DNA from: Entomortierella parvispora E1425
Lineage: Eukaryota; Fungi; Mortierellomycota
NCBI GenBank assembly: GCA_020891255.1
Contig: BQFW01000005.1
Span: forward strand, 1,846,512-1,910,511
Length of the DNA: 64,000 bases
Direction: 5' to 3'
Shown here: positions 1 to 13,400 of the stretch, piece by piece
How the letters are laid out: each line of letters begins with the position of its first letter
Position numbering within the stretch: the first letter of the stretch is position 1
Notes under the pieces: generated by a model
What the model saw: the letters and a program-made list of their open reading frames with translations, nothing else
Database searches by the model: none
What the model was told of the DNA's origin: nothing
Made by a program: the position numbers and the translations under genes

Positions 1-894
1 ATAGCTGGTCACACTGTCCTCACAGTCAAGTTTGATATTCTGGCAGAGACGAATGTCAGCGCGAGACATCTGGCGTACCTCTGCTGGATCAGGTTCAGGG
101 AGTTCAATGATTTGTAACTGGCGGCCCTTGGCGTCTGTCGAGTTTCGCAAGACCCCCATGGCTTGCTCGTATTGCTGGATCCAAACCTGGGATTCCTTGT
201 CGCTTGCAGGAGCAGGGAACGGACGACTGACCATGACCACTCCAGGAGCAACAAAACGAGCCAGACTGTCAATGTGCGAGTCCGTGATATCATGGCCCTT
301 GACGCCCTTGACCCAAATGACCTTCTGAGCATTCAATTCCGATTTCAGGATCTGCTCAATCTGATCGCGCGACTTGCCAGGGTTACGGTTGTTATTGACA
401 ATGCTACTCTCCGTTAACATGAGGGTACCCTCACCATCGGTTTCGATGGATCCACCCTCGGCCACGAGTTCAGATTGGTATACAGGAAACTTCAAATAAT
501 CGAGCAAACTGGTGGCGACACGGGCATCATTTTTGCAGGGCTGCTTTCGACCCCAACCGTTAAAGTTCAGGCTCCAGCCGATGACACCCTTGCCGTTGGT
601 CATGAAAAGAGGAGAGGTATCGCGGGCCCAAAGGTCATCCACTTTCATGGGGATAATGTTGATACCGTTGCCAAGTGCGGCTTTGGCCTCGTTGACATTG
701 CTGGGTGGGACGAGCACTTGGACATACTCAAACTTTGAGATGGCTTGAGCAACGCGCGCAATGTCGGACTGAACCTTCGAGTTGAGGCCTTCCCAGCCAG
801 TGGGCCAAGACATGATGGTTGACTGATGAGGCTCCCACTCTGGAGCAAAGCGATAGCCCACGGGGGAAGAAGGTAGGCTGGTTGATTGACCCAT
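1..894 (-). CDS. aguA: Agmatine deiminase / PAD_porph-family amidinotransferase, 3'-partial (runs off window edge)
   Basis: Manual translation of the minus strand from ATG 894 gives a stop-free frame to base 1: MGQSTSLPSSPVGYRFAPEWEPHQSTIMSWP...DDLWARDTSP...FNGWG...AEGGSIETDGEGTLMLTES...RNP...GHDITDSHIDSLARF...DSVTSY. These match the family motifs PxEW, WxRD, EGG/DGxG and TDxHxD. Not in the ORF track because the stop lies outside the window; the true start may be further upstream. Confidence 0.85.
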   Translation of the reverse strand, partial: MGQSTSLPSSPVGYRFAPEWEPHQSTIMSWPTGWEGLNSKVQSDIARVAQAISKFEYVQVLVPPSNVNEAKAALGNGINIIPMKVDDLWARDTSPLFMTNGKGVIGWSLNFNGWGRKQPCKNDARVATSLLDYLKFPVYQSELVAEGGSIETDGEGTLMLTESSIVNNNRNPGKSRDQIEQILKSELNAQKVIWVKGVKGHDITDSHIDSLARFVAPGVVMVSRPFPAPASDKESQVWIQQYEQAMGVLRNSTDAKGRQLQIIELPEPDPAEVRQMSRADIRLCQNIKLDCEDSVTSY

Positions 895-1272
895 CCTACG
901 CAGTGCCTGAAGGAGAGAAATGTTGGGTATTGAGGGGGGTGAAAATAAGAGGGAGCAAACAAAGGAAGACGATGAACGTGGAGCAAGATACACTATGTAT
1001 TCATCACAACAAGAAAGGAGCGCGCTTTTATCTGGTCGTCCCAATTGTCCAGCGATTCGGTTTCAGCAAAAAAAATATATCTTTCAGCCACCGTGCGAAC
1101 CAATTTGCGCGACTGCTCGTGGGCTGTTGACGTGGTGAAGGCTGTGGCCTTTTTTCGCCGGGCATGGTGAACATGCTGACAGCACCTTAATTTTTTCCCC
1201 TTTTGGACGAGTTCATGCATGGACAGAGAAGCGCCCCGCTTTTATTTATTTTTTTCAGAGTCCATTGATGTT

Positions 1273-3070
1273 CTACGAGTCAGGAGCCTTCCTCGATGCC
1301 AAGATCTCCAACGTCTTGATCAAGCTGTTCTGAGGTGCAGCAGGAACTGTGCCGCTGTCCTTGACAAGAGGTAAAAACGAGACTTGAGGCCTGTAGACTG
1401 CCGTCTTTCTGAGGATCATGATCCACAGCCAACGGGGCATTCTTCGCTGCACAAACCGGACCACGGCTGCGGTCATAGTCTAGGCAGCACTCAGAGTTAG
1501 AGCCACGACATGAAGAAGCAGAAAAGCAAAACTCGGAAGGGTGCGGGAGAGAAAAAAAAATCATTACCTTGGAACTCGTCATGGCGTAGTATTGACTCTT
1601 CCTAAATTGCTCAATTGCAATTGGGAGCCGTTCATTGTAGTACTCATGAAACACCCTCTCGATCGCTTCGACGCCGGGCTTGGCGGGGAGGACATTGATC
1701 CAATTAGCCAGACAAACGGCATCATGAATTGCAGTGGCTGCTCCAGATCCCCCAGAAGGACTTAGTTTGTGACAGGCTATTTTGCATCGTCCGCACAATA
1801 AGCAACAGAGGCGATCCTCTTTGATTAGTACAAAAAAATAAAGAGTAGGGAGGGGGAACTCATTTCTGGTAATTGGAGTTGTGTATTCTTACCATCGCCC
1901 ATGAGGACAATTCGCCCTGAAAACCAGGTCTGGAACACTTTTTCCTCAAGGGTTACTTTGGAAATAAGATCTTTGGGGGTCAAGTCGATTAATGTTCCAA
2001 GGGTCGAGCCAGCTGGCCCATTGGGGATAGGAAAATCACGCACCGCAATGCACATGGCTTCAGTTGCCTCTGGTCCCCATTCCGTAGAAACATCCTCTCC
2101 TTTGTGTTTTGTTTCCTCGAAATATTGCAACGCCATCCAGCAAATGGTCCTGTGTTTCGTGGTAAATGTAATCCACTGTTGTGAATGACAAAAAAAAAAA
2201 AAAAAGTCGAAGTCAGTGGCTGAGTTGGGCATACTATCCATCGCAGGGCATACATCCTTTCCTATTTTTGTTACCGTGTACGGATTGCCTACTCCAACCA
2301 TCTGATTACTCTGGCATGTTGCCTCCTGCATTTCAGGAAACGTTTCCAGTGGTAACGGTCCTGTCTGCCCCACCACACAAATACAGTCGTAAGGCAGCAG
2401 CGTATCATCCGAGTTGGGCAATTGACCTTTTTCTTTCAGCCTTGCAAACAATTCCCGCCGGACAACAGAATTCGCGCCGTCTGCGCCAACTACAATGTCG
2501 CCCTCGTGCTCTGATCCATCCGTGCAAGTCAGTCTCACGCCTGTGTCCGTTGTTGTGAGAGAAGCAACCTTCTTGTTGAAATTGATTTTTTCTGCAGGAA
2601 CTTGACGCTGCAGCAGGTCGTAGACGGCTGGACGAGAAGTTACTCTGGGCTCAGAGCCACCCATCTCTGTCAAGGGTGAGAAGTCGACAGAGTAATCAAA
2701 GACGCAGTGTTGATCCCGCATGTTGACTTTATGACTGACAAGGGAGAGCTGTGTGAACTGCTCATAAATGCCCAATTGACGGAAAAGCGACGCCACGCTT
2801 GCTCCCATCGCCAACGCAGACCCTGAGAGAGTTCAAAAAAAATAAAAGTCAAATTCAGTTAAGAAAAGGGCCCGAGCTGACTGGAAGTTTGGTTCTTTTG
2901 TTATTGTTACCCAGTGGCTTGATGGTAGCTGCGCGCTCAAAGATGGAGTAAGGGACCTCTGCTCGCTCGAGGAGAAGTCCAAGTGCAAGGCCACCGACAC
3001 CACCTCCAACTATCAAGACTGTGGGCCTGTCTTGCGCAGACAACGACTGCGCATGCAAAGACTGCGCCAT
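1273..3070 (-). CDS. FAD-dependent monooxygenase (FAD_binding_3 / group A flavoprotein hydroxylase), multi-exon
   Basis: Exon 1 MAQSL...VLIVGGGVGG (GxGxxG) 3070-2911, GT-AG intron 2910-2823; GADGANS (DG motif); FSGRIVLMGD|ACHKLSPSGGSGA (GD motif); C-terminal LRPQVSFLPL; TAG at 1273-1275. Confidence 0.9.
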
Positions 3071-4012
3071 TTGATTGGCAGGGTGTGAATGTACTGAAGA
3101 CAGGAACGTCGATGAAAGAACCAGAAGGAATGCTGGAGCAGAAAGCCAGTCGTCTCTCCTGGAAAGAAATGGAGAAGTTGAATTGGATGTAGAATTAAAA
3201 ATGGGAATGGGCGAATTTGCCCATGGACTCGAGATTGACCGAGATTGACAGGCGCTTGCGTCCTGACCTTTCATTGGCTCCAGACACTCGTCAAGATCGA
3301 TCAGGCACATGCCAAAAAGGGGAAAGTGCGACCGTGCGGCGCTTGTTTTGAGCACCCCACAGCTACCTTTGCAGGGATACGTCCACCTGGCTGGGGGTAC
3401 AAGTGATCCACGTTTGTCTCCATGGTGCGCTCCACAATAATCGCGTCATTGAAGAGGAGCGCGGTAATCTCAGCACATGGACCCACTGCGGAGTGACAAT
3501 TGACTAGCGCTCTTTTTTTTCATTTCTTTTCGTCCGGAGTTGGCCTCTGCATTGATGTGGTCTCCGCACGACCCAATTCTGAATTCATTGGACAAACGAC
3601 TGCTTGCAGGCGACAACAACCGCACGAAGTCATCTCGGAAGGACTCTACATCCGCACCCTCCCGTGAAAAGTGGGTTGCATTCTAAACACCGGAAAACTA
3701 TGAATGACTATCGCGTCGTGTAACCATCGAAAAGTGGGGTTTAGGTGGGGCTCAGGCTCTGCTGGAGGGTATGAATTGGGGTGAAAGCTCATCTACGGGC
3801 CAAAGTAAACTAGCCATCGGATGAAGTCGCAATCAAAGGCGTGGTTAAACCCAGGATCAGACGGCCTGTGCATGTGTATGAAGACGGATGCCATTGATAT
3901 AAAGGCATGGTCAAGGATTGCTCGTTTCTCCCCTCGCTTATTCTTTCTCTCTCTCTCTCTCCCGCCCCCTCCATCCTCTCCCCGTCAACGCCCACCCTTT
4001 ATATTTCAAAGG

Positions 4013-5852
4013 ATGTCACCATCACGCACCCCATCCCCGCCTCCCACCTCACGCCCTAGGGTTCTCATTGTTGGAGCGAGTATTGGAGGACTTACGCTGG
4101 GTTTACTACTAGAAAAGGCGGATATCCCCTATGTAATTTTTGAGTCTTCCCCATCATGTAAACCAATTGGTAAGTCTCGATCATTCTCGATATCACACTT
4201 TAAAGAGTAATGGTAACTGAACTGATGTATCCGGCTGGTCACTGGGTCCTTTTAGGGTCACCAATCTCCATTGGAGGCGATATGAGTCCTCTCTTCCATC
4301 AGTTGGGAATCTACAACGCCTTCAAGAGTGCTTCTGTTGAGAGCAGCAAAATCTCGATGCACAATGAAAACGGTCTCTTGGACTTTGTGCTCGATTTTTC
4401 AAACCTGAAAACTTTGTGAGTTCATCAAAGGAAGGTCTCGAGGATAGAAAAAAAGGATGGGTTGCTCACTCAATGCTTCACCATTTTCTTAAACCCATCG
4501 TGTACAGGGAGGGAGCAGAAGGCCGAGTTATATCTCGCGTTGCCATCTATGATATTCTACTCCGGAAGGTCCCCCGGGATAAGATCCTGTTCAACAAAAG
4601 TATCCTGACTCTGAAGAACACGGAGACCGGGATCCATATCAATTGCTCGGGCAATTCCCAATATCAGTTCGATGTTCTGGTGGGAGCCGATGGAACAAAC
4701 TCTAACGTCCGCCAAAGTATTTATGATCAGTTAAGAAAGGAGGGCCGTTTACCACTTGAAGATGACCTCCCTTTAATTCCTAAGGGCATATGTTTTGAGG
4801 GTCAGACATCCCCTCTGAATACAGAGCAATTTCCAGAGCTTTCGATCAACAGCTCCTTGTTCAACTGGATGCGTGGTTCCAGTAAACCGTTCTCGGTAAG
4901 ACCATCTCTCTTCCTTCAATTTAGGGTTCTACTCCCACTAACTATTCACACAGTGGACTACATACAGCACCAAGTCCAAAGCAGTAGGTTGGACAGTCGT
5001 TCGGAATTTTGATCACAAAACGCCAAGGCAACTCGATGCACCCAAAGCGCTTGATTGCAACATCACTGAAATATCCAGTGAGGTCAGACTTTTACCGATT
5101 CCAAATGGTCCTCCAGGATCGACCCTTGGAACTCTGGTCGATCTGACACACAAGAACTTGATCTCGAAAATCTGCTTCGATGAAAGGGTCTTCAGAACTT
5201 GGTATTTTGGACGAGTGGTGCTGCTGGGTGATGGTAAGATAAGACATATAGATCTACGTCTGGGCATTCTCGGCCGTACAATTCATTACAATCCCCTGAC
5301 CTCATTCTGTCCTTGTTGATTTACAGCATGCCGAAACTTGAACCCCAGGACAATCGGCGAGACAACAGCAATCCAAGATGCAGTGTGCCTAGCCAATTGG
5401 ATAAACGTCCTTCGCAGCAGGGATGTCTCTGCTGTGGAGGGGATTTTTCATGAATACTATGAAGAAAGATACCCAGCCTCCATCGTGGGATGTGGAAAGA
5501 GGCGATTTTTCGAATCGATCAACTCCAATGTAGGTCACAGTGCAACTTTTTTTTTCTTGTATTCCCTTGTTGAGGTGCAAAGGTCGCGTCTACTCACCCC
5601 TCAGTATACTGTGTTTGAATCATTTCTCAGAGCTTTTTCGGGATGCTTGCACGTTTGTTTCAGCGGTGGACTCCAAGCTGGCTCTGGACCCTCCTTTTGA
5701 AAAAGAAGGCTTCTGTCCTAAGACCCCAAGTCTCATATCTGCCTTTAGAGGATGATCGAGGCACAATTCCTTCTGTCCCGCAGAGAAGCCTGATCAAAAC
5801 CACCGAGATCTTGATTTCTCAAGGCCGTCATGTTCAAGCGGCCGCTGTGTAG
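4013..5852 (+). CDS. FAD-dependent monooxygenase paralog, multi-exon, divergent motifs
   Basis: ATG 4013 MSPSRT...VLIVGASIGG; introns at 4170-4255 and 4416-4507 plus later ones; GADGTNS; WYFGRVVLLGD|ACRNLNP; LRPQVSYLPL; TAG 5850-5852. Confidence 0.87.
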
Positions 5853-6500
5853 AGCTGAAAGGGGGTTTTGAAACTGATGACTGCAAAAAGAATAATAAAT
5901 GATTCTGTCATGGTCATAATGTGGTCACTTGAGCCTGCCGCAAGTGCTTTTCCTTGTCTGATACTCGTTGCCTCCAACCCTCTACGAATATCGGTTGTGG
6001 GTTTAAACTTCAAGGTGCCGTTTCGCATGGTTGCCCCAGTTTTCTCATAGGCATGCAACTGAGCCATTGAGATCGTTGCAGATAAACCTACTCCTCAGAT
6101 TTTGTGTAAAATCAAGCCCATGGGAGCCCTCTCCACCTCGAGTGTACCCTGCCGCTGTACTACCTTCTTGTCCATTCATTAAACCTTGTTCCGTCGATAA
6201 GGATTTAGACATTCTGGTTTGCTTCGTATCCTTCTCTCAAATGCACCCTTTTGACCAGCAGAGAAGTCATTATCAGGTCGAAGTCGATCGATTTGTGTAT
6301 TTACAGTACAGCCCTCATTTTTTTATTTTCGGCTAAACTTTCTTACTTCTCTCTTCGTAAGATCCTGTTGAGTGTGACGCTGATATATTGGTACAACCTC
6401 TTGTATTCACGGTGCAGGATGGAGAATGATGCCGGTGCCGAAGCTGGAGGGGGTTTCCAGCAATGCAGTTGAACAAATGATCACATGGGTAAAGTTTTCT

Positions 6501-7565
6501 CTACACACGACCAGCGTCCAGTGTCACCTCAGCTTGCATTTTCGGGGGCAGGGGGGTTGGTTCGCTAGTATGAATCAGAACATCATAGAAGCAAGCACCG
6601 ATTAAAGCGCCGAGGAATGGAGCAACGATTGGCACCCAGAAGTAATGACTCTGTTGAACGAAAACGTGAAAGCTCCATCCGGCAATTGCAGTGAAGAAAC
6701 GAGGTCCCAGGTCACGAGCAGGGTTGAGGGCGTAGCCCGTCTGGTAACCGTATGAGGTACCAATGAGGGTAATTGTGAGACCAATGATGAGAGGTTGAAG
6801 ATTGCCAGCAGGGTTATTGCCCTTGTCAGAGGTGGCAAGAATGACAATTAAGAGGAGAGCCGTGGCGATAACCTCGAAGAGAAAGGCATCCCAGGTGCTG
6901 ATGTCTGGAGTCTGGGGTGCTGTGAAGAAGATTCCCGTTGTCGTAGAACGTTCGGCAGCTTGCAGAGCAGGTCGATTTCCAAGGAAAACAATAAAGGCTC
7001 CAAAAAAGGCACCGAGGAACTGAGATACCATGTATATTGGCACTTCAGCCCAGGGAAATCCTCGAAAGACAGCCAGTGTGAAAGTGACAGCAGGGTTGAA
7101 GTGAGCACCCTATTCATATCGACAACAGTAATGAAGGTCAGATCATGGCCGACAGCTATGTCCTACCGTTCACACCCTTCTTTTTTCAGGGGCTATGCAG
7201 ATCCTCACAGGACGTGGAACTTACAGAGACACCTCCGGCAACGTAGATGGCAGCAATCAGTCCAAGACCCCAAGCTAAGCTCACAGTGAACCATGTGTTA
7301 TCTTCAGAGAAGACTTTTTGAGCAACAGCTCCGCAACCGAAAGCGATCAAGACGGCGGTGCCCAAGAACTCGGCCAAGGGCCTTCTGAACTGTTGTTATT
7401 ATTAAAGAAATGACGTCAAAGGAGGGGGTGAGGTCATTAGTATCTCCTTGCAGCAGCAGTGACAACAATTCGAGAACGAAGAGGGGTAAAGAGGTGTACC
7501 TTGTGGCGGAATCCTGTCCAATTAGTGCTAATGCCTGTCCACATGTTGCGAATTCCAGTTGGCAT
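6501..7565 (-). CDS. Aquaglyceroporin (MIP family, GlpF/AQP3-like), multi-exon
   Basis: MPTGIRNMW...RHK|FRRPLAEFLGT; GAHFNPAVTF (NPA1) and ALNPARDLGPR (NPA2 followed by D, the glyceroporin signature); TAG at 6501-6503. Confidence 0.92.
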
Positions 7566-10029
7566 GAGATGAAGATGGTGAAATGAGAGAAAGACAACGA
7601 TGTGGGGTGCCTTAATAGGTGTCTGGGGGCGTGGGGGGGGGGCGAAAGTCTACCGCTAGCCCGGGCGTACAAATACCCATGATCACATGACCAAGGCCGT
7701 TTTGCCGATCGGGCGGGGCATTTCAGTTATATGGGTCCACAGAACATGGGCTGGCTGGCTACATACAAGTCTGTATGGAAGTCTCCAGCCCCATCTGCTG
7801 TGGGGGAGGAGTGGACAACTCGTTGCACAACCTTATGTTGGTGTTCGTTTGCACATGGCAATCGACTTCGAACGAATAGGCTCTTTGACCGCCGCGATGT
7901 CTTGTACATTCTCAGCAGATTCTGCATTACTTTTTCGGGCGGAGCGCAAAAGATCTCTTCCCCGGTTGCGGGCCGCTTGGAAGATGTTTCACTTCTCCTT
8001 TGGGGAGAAAGGTCAGGAGTCGACTTCAGATTCCTTTCCCCAGAGATGATTGATGAGAGGCATGGCTGGTGTAGGGAATGAGAGATGGTGCACATGTCCA
8101 CCACGCATGAGCACAAGTGCACGACCTCTGTAACTGAAATCAACCTGGCCTACCTGCTGACCAAGTCGTCTGTGCTACTCACCCTTGAACGTAAACAGAG
8201 TTATCAAGATTAATATTCTGGGGAAGAGTCGAGGCTCTCAGGAGGTTTGTACCTTTGTGTCCACGGAACTCCACAACAATTAAGATTCAATGGTTCTCAC
8301 TTCTGCCCCTGTTTGTTTTCAAGGTTTTAGGACGGCGAGAGGATCAACCGAGCCGGAACAAACAACTACTGTATGCACGATACAACAGTATGTACAGTTA
8401 CGGTACCGTGCACGGAACACTCTCATCTTCTCACCTGATCACAACGAAGCTGTATAGTACTTTCCTTGCACCTCCTAATATCTCTGAGCATCGTCGACCT
8501 AGTGTCCTTGCAGTTCTACCCTGTAACCTCACCCTGTCTGGTATGTTCACACACAGCGACGGCAATGACGGTCAGTGGCAATTAAAATTAGGATCAAGAG
8601 TTTCATGGTGGTCATTCAATTGAAATACAAGTACTGCAATGTTGAGTTTACGAAGGACGGCCAATTGTGGTTCAAAAATGGATTATCGGATGATGGCCCA
8701 ATTTGGGAAGGTGAGTTTCATGTACAGTAGATACAGTACACGTGGGTTTGTGTTTGTGGGAACAGGAAAGATGGAGGTACATAGGCGGAGTTTTTTACGG
8801 TTGGGTTTGCATTCTTAACATCTTGTACCACAGAAGGCACCGCTTGTAGAAACCCCGCCGGAGTTGCATCTGATCATGTAGGAAGCTTGTTATCCCGAAG
8901 GATGTTTTTGGACCTCTTAGAATAGCCTACCTAGAACCGAAACTGCCGAGTTCAAAACTGCCCACCGCTCCCAAGCATAAGGTGCACTTCCCCATCACCT
9001 TCCTGATGATTGCCCTTGCCCTCTTTGTTTAAGCTGCCCTTCTACGGTATGAAATCTATGACAGAGCGCTTGGATTTGTCACTCTGAACTGAGAAAATAA
9101 GAGCCGCCTGCCTTTTTATTAATGTTCGTAAAAAAATCTAATTCCCTGTTGATGGAGCAGGCTAAGTGTTTTGAAAGCGAGACGAGGAGAACTACGGCGT
9201 GCTGAACATGCTTGGACTTGATACTCTCTGCAACCTCAGACTATTATCTCTCAAATAACTCAACACCATGTAAAAAAAAAAAAAAAAAAAAAAAATGCGA
9301 GGATCAGGAATCTGCCTACAGGATCTGGCTGCGATTAGGTCTAGGTGAGTGTCCTCCATTCTCTCGCAGAGACGCAGACGCTACATCGGTATATGTAGTG
9401 CTGATGCATCGGACACATGCCGTCACACTGTCAGAAGACCATTTTGTAACGTTTGAGCGAAGACCATTCACTCGTCTTCCTGCTTGTAACAAAGGGCCAT
9501 TTTGCAGTCGCTTCTCATTTTATTTTCATCATTTTATCGCATCCCGTAAGAATAACACCTTTGGCTTCTAGTTTTTGATCCTTCTTGCTTGATATGGGAG
9601 ACCTGTCTTTTCAATTGTCTTTGCCATTCTCTTCTCGCCAACCCCAGAATCACTGAAGTATTTAGGAGTTAGATTGATAGTGTTTGCTCATGGTCTGATT
9701 GACAGAGACTCGCTTTACCTTGACTTATTGGAGGCAAATGCTCTTGAGCTCCAGCAGCAGCAGTGGAAACTCGTGTAATAAATCGTGTCGACAAATGTCC
9801 TCATATTTTGAAGCGCTTGAATCCAGTTCTTTCCCGTCATAGTACGCAACAAAACAAAGAGTCTCGGAGGACGAGGGTAGGCCACCTATTGTTACAGCTC
9901 TCTTCGCGGGCCCACAGCAGGGTGAACATGCCAATATAAAATAGGAGACATGCGAAACGCACTTTGCAGCTGCTGGCGCAATAAAAAAAAAAAGGATCTG
10001 CATCGTGCCTTTATTTATTATCCGCCTAG

Positions 10030-10400
10030 ACTGATCGCTCATGAACTTTCTCCCCCTGTTCTATTACCGTCTTTCTTCTCTTACCTCATGTTCCTCACTT
10101 TCCTCTCTTGCACCCCTCTCTCTTATGCCATCCTTCTCTCTTGCCTTCCCTCCCCTCTCTCTTGCACTTGTTTCTCTTGTCTCTCCCCTTTTGTGTATTG
10201 CTCTTTGTGTGGTGCATTCAAGTCCTCATCGTTCGGCTCGTTTATTGCATTTACTTCTTTCCCTGCTTGTCTTTTGCATTCAGCTCTTGCGTCCTTATCT
10301 TTTGCATTTCCCTTATCTCTCTCATACCCCTCGTATCCTTGTCTCCCTCGCCTCTTACGCTCGCCCCTTCTCTCATCTCTAACATCGCCTGAAACCAACT
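10030..10400. repeat. CT-rich low-complexity tract
   Basis: Strong pyrimidine bias on the + strand; produces several overlapping L/S/P-rich spurious ORFs. Confidence 0.6.
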
Positions 10401-10419
10401 CACCCATCGTATCCGACCA

Positions 10420-13400
10420 CGGTGGCCAACGTCGTTAATAACGTTATAGCGGGCGCTCATATTGGATGTCACGATGACATTGGCACCGATAAAGACCCGC
10501 AACAATCAAGCCCTGCCTCGTACTCGAATCCAGTTCGAGAACGAGTCGTCGGTCGCGCGGGTCTTTCGAAAATCCACCGCCATCAGCTCGATCCTGTCTT
10601 CGGGTCTACTTGTTGTGGACACGGCGCTGTTCATTTAGTCCACCTCTGTCCTCCTGGATCTTAGCTCGGTGGCACCCCCTTGTAGCGAAACGTTGTACCT
10701 GCTTTTCAGGAACTCCCAGATATAGTTGGCCTCTTCTTGTGTCTGGGGTTGTCGCCGAATGATCTGCAAAAGGGCAAAGAAAGGTTAGTCCTTGGCATGA
10801 CGACACGAAGTGGACAGGGTGAGACGCGTAAAGGAATCGAAGTGGGCCGAACAAAGGATCCACTGGTCATGGTCATCAATATCCATCATATCTCCGAGGG
10901 TGGTGGTGTGCCTCGATCGTTGGAAGGGTCCCAGTTAAGCCAGATCGGCGAAGATGACAAAAGAAATGCCTCCAAAGGGTTCCACGACGGCCTGTTGGAT
11001 GTCGACATGACCGAGATCCCCAAGACATTGACTGATCTGATCCAGCATCTCTCTCTAGACCATCAAACCCTCATGGACCACAAAAAAGGGCTTTTCCCCC
11101 TAACAGGTGAATACAGGCCTCCTCCACAGAGGACAAGGGGATGGGCCGATCGGGCCCCCGACTGTATTTTTACTTGCGACGATCGGTCTTGTCCTTGAAT
11201 AGGATCGACTTTGCATAGTTTTCTCCGTCATAGGGTGGTAAGTCGGTCGCTTTCGGTCCCAAATATTGCTGGTATTGCTCATAAAGCTCTTCATAGGTCA
11301 GGTCGTTGAAAGCCGTACCTACGGGCCGGTTCAGGTACTTGACCCAAAGCCCATCCAGAAAGATGTTGTCAGACTCGTCCTCCTCTACGGCCAAGTCTGC
11401 CACCGTTCTTAACACATTCCTTCGCTGGTCTTTGTCGTGGGTGGGCAAGTACACGACCGAACGACCGAGGTGCGACAGTGATAATCCCAGCAGATCCATG
11501 CATATTTCGGGCATGCACAGACAGACGGTTGTAGTAGAATACTAGATAGGCAAAGAGACACTGGGGTGAATCTCCACCTTTTCAGTTTCCTTGAGAACAT
11601 AAAAATAAAAGGAAAAAAAAAAAAAAAAAGGCAAGCACTTACCCGACTTCCCATACTGGTCGCGCAGTCTCTTGTCTGTTTTTGAGGCGGCTGCTGCTGC
11701 AGGTCCACTAGTACTTCTTGAATGACGCCCTCCGAAAGACTGGAGACCTTTGACATGTACTTATGCAGATAATCAATCGACCGAGATCCCCTGTTCAATT
11801 GAATATTGATGTTGGAACGACAGATCGTCAGGACATCGGGGTTGTAGGCATGCACGTACACGTCCTCCTGACCTCGCTCCAAGACCACTTTTACAGTGTC
11901 CTGGTCAAAAACAGTCTTGTCCCAGACAATTATGGGGAATCCAAAGCGACATTTTTTGGGCCGTTTCATGCAGAATAGGGCGTATGGCGGTGCTCCTGAT
12001 GTTGAGCGACGAATCCATCCAGGACCAGGTCTCCAGTGTAACAACCTTTGACCGGTCTTCAGAGTTGTTCTGAGCTATCAGCTCATCGACAGTTCGCTCG
12101 GCCCACAGAACAAAATGCACATGAGGCGCTCCTCTTACTCTATGACCCAGGCATAGTCCTTCACCTTGCAGTTCATCTTGGGAGCCCATTTAGAGGGAAT
12201 GTACAAAAAGACGCGGCGCCATTCCCGATTGTAGGTCACACAGAACAAGGGAACGTCCAACGTGGCCTGTCTCAGTGTATCAAACACCTCCTTGAGAGCC
12301 AAGCTATTAAGTCCACGTACCATGTCAGGAAGATTTGTGACTCTCCCAATGTATCCAAAGGACCCGGAGTTTCCTTCACAGGTTAGTCTTGTACGCGGGG
12401 CTCGTCCTCACATCTGGGGGATTGCCATCGTCCAGGGGCAATACAGAAAGGATGTCAGCTCTTCTGTTTTGATGGTCCGCTCGCCTTTTTTGTCTCATAC
12501 AAAAAGTTTGCCAAGGCTCCTTACCCATGCTGAGATCTCCGACTGTTGTGGACTGCCCTTGTCGCCTTGGATGGACGGTCCGTATCCTGTACCCACAGAC
12601 TGTATTTCTGATAACCCAGCCCTCTATGCGGTGATTAAAGCGTGCAATGGAGGCAAAAAGTCGATCGACGTGGAGCAACCTGTGCTTTGAATACACTGTT
12701 TTTGAAATGTTGTGTCTTCCAAGGCGCCGTTCATTCTCTTCAGCATCCACGCCCTCATCCACATCAGCATCATGGTCGGCATAGTCGTTATGGTCACTGT
12801 CGATGAGGATATCCCCGTCTTGCTCTGTACCTAGGTCTAGATCGGCCATGTTTTCTTCTGCTCCAAAGTGAAATAGCTTAAACTCCAGAACCTCCTCTGC
12901 GTCAGCGTCTACGACCTCTTCCCCTCCTTTAGGTTCCATTGGAAATGTCGTGTGTTGCACCGCTTCTGGAACCTGTCGCAGGGTCGTCTTGTAACGCCCC
13001 GGCTTAAAGTTGATATGTCCATAAGGAAAAAGATCGGGAAGGAGATTGAGCATTAGCGTGAGACTCACGCTCTACAGTTGCACCTCCGCTGCTCTGGACC
13101 TGGATCCATGCCTGCACAAAACACTCCTGGGAAATTTTGATGCCCCGGATGCTCGGTTTGCCCAATCCCAACGTCCACGAGGCCCTCTCCGAATTGCTCT
13201 GGCACGGCTGGTACTGGTGGACAATCCTTCTGCTGAGGATTGTGAACACGGAGCCGGTTCCACGCCATGATGATGCGATCCCGGTTTGCCAGAGGTATCG
13301 TCGGATCGTGGACAAACGAGTCCATGCCTGCACCGGAGTTGAGTGATAACCTTGGCCGGTAGATTGAGGCATGTGCACTGACGCATGGAAAAGACAGGGA

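Noticed and set aside
7687-9571. Several 100-140 aa ORFs upstream of the aquaglyceroporin
   Set aside because: No motifs, overlapping on both strands, interrupted by homopolymers; treated as intergenic
9725-10042. ORF ending DLLHEFPLLLLELKS (restriction-endonuclease-like ExK motif)
   Set aside because: Short, no start or spliceable continuation; too weak to call
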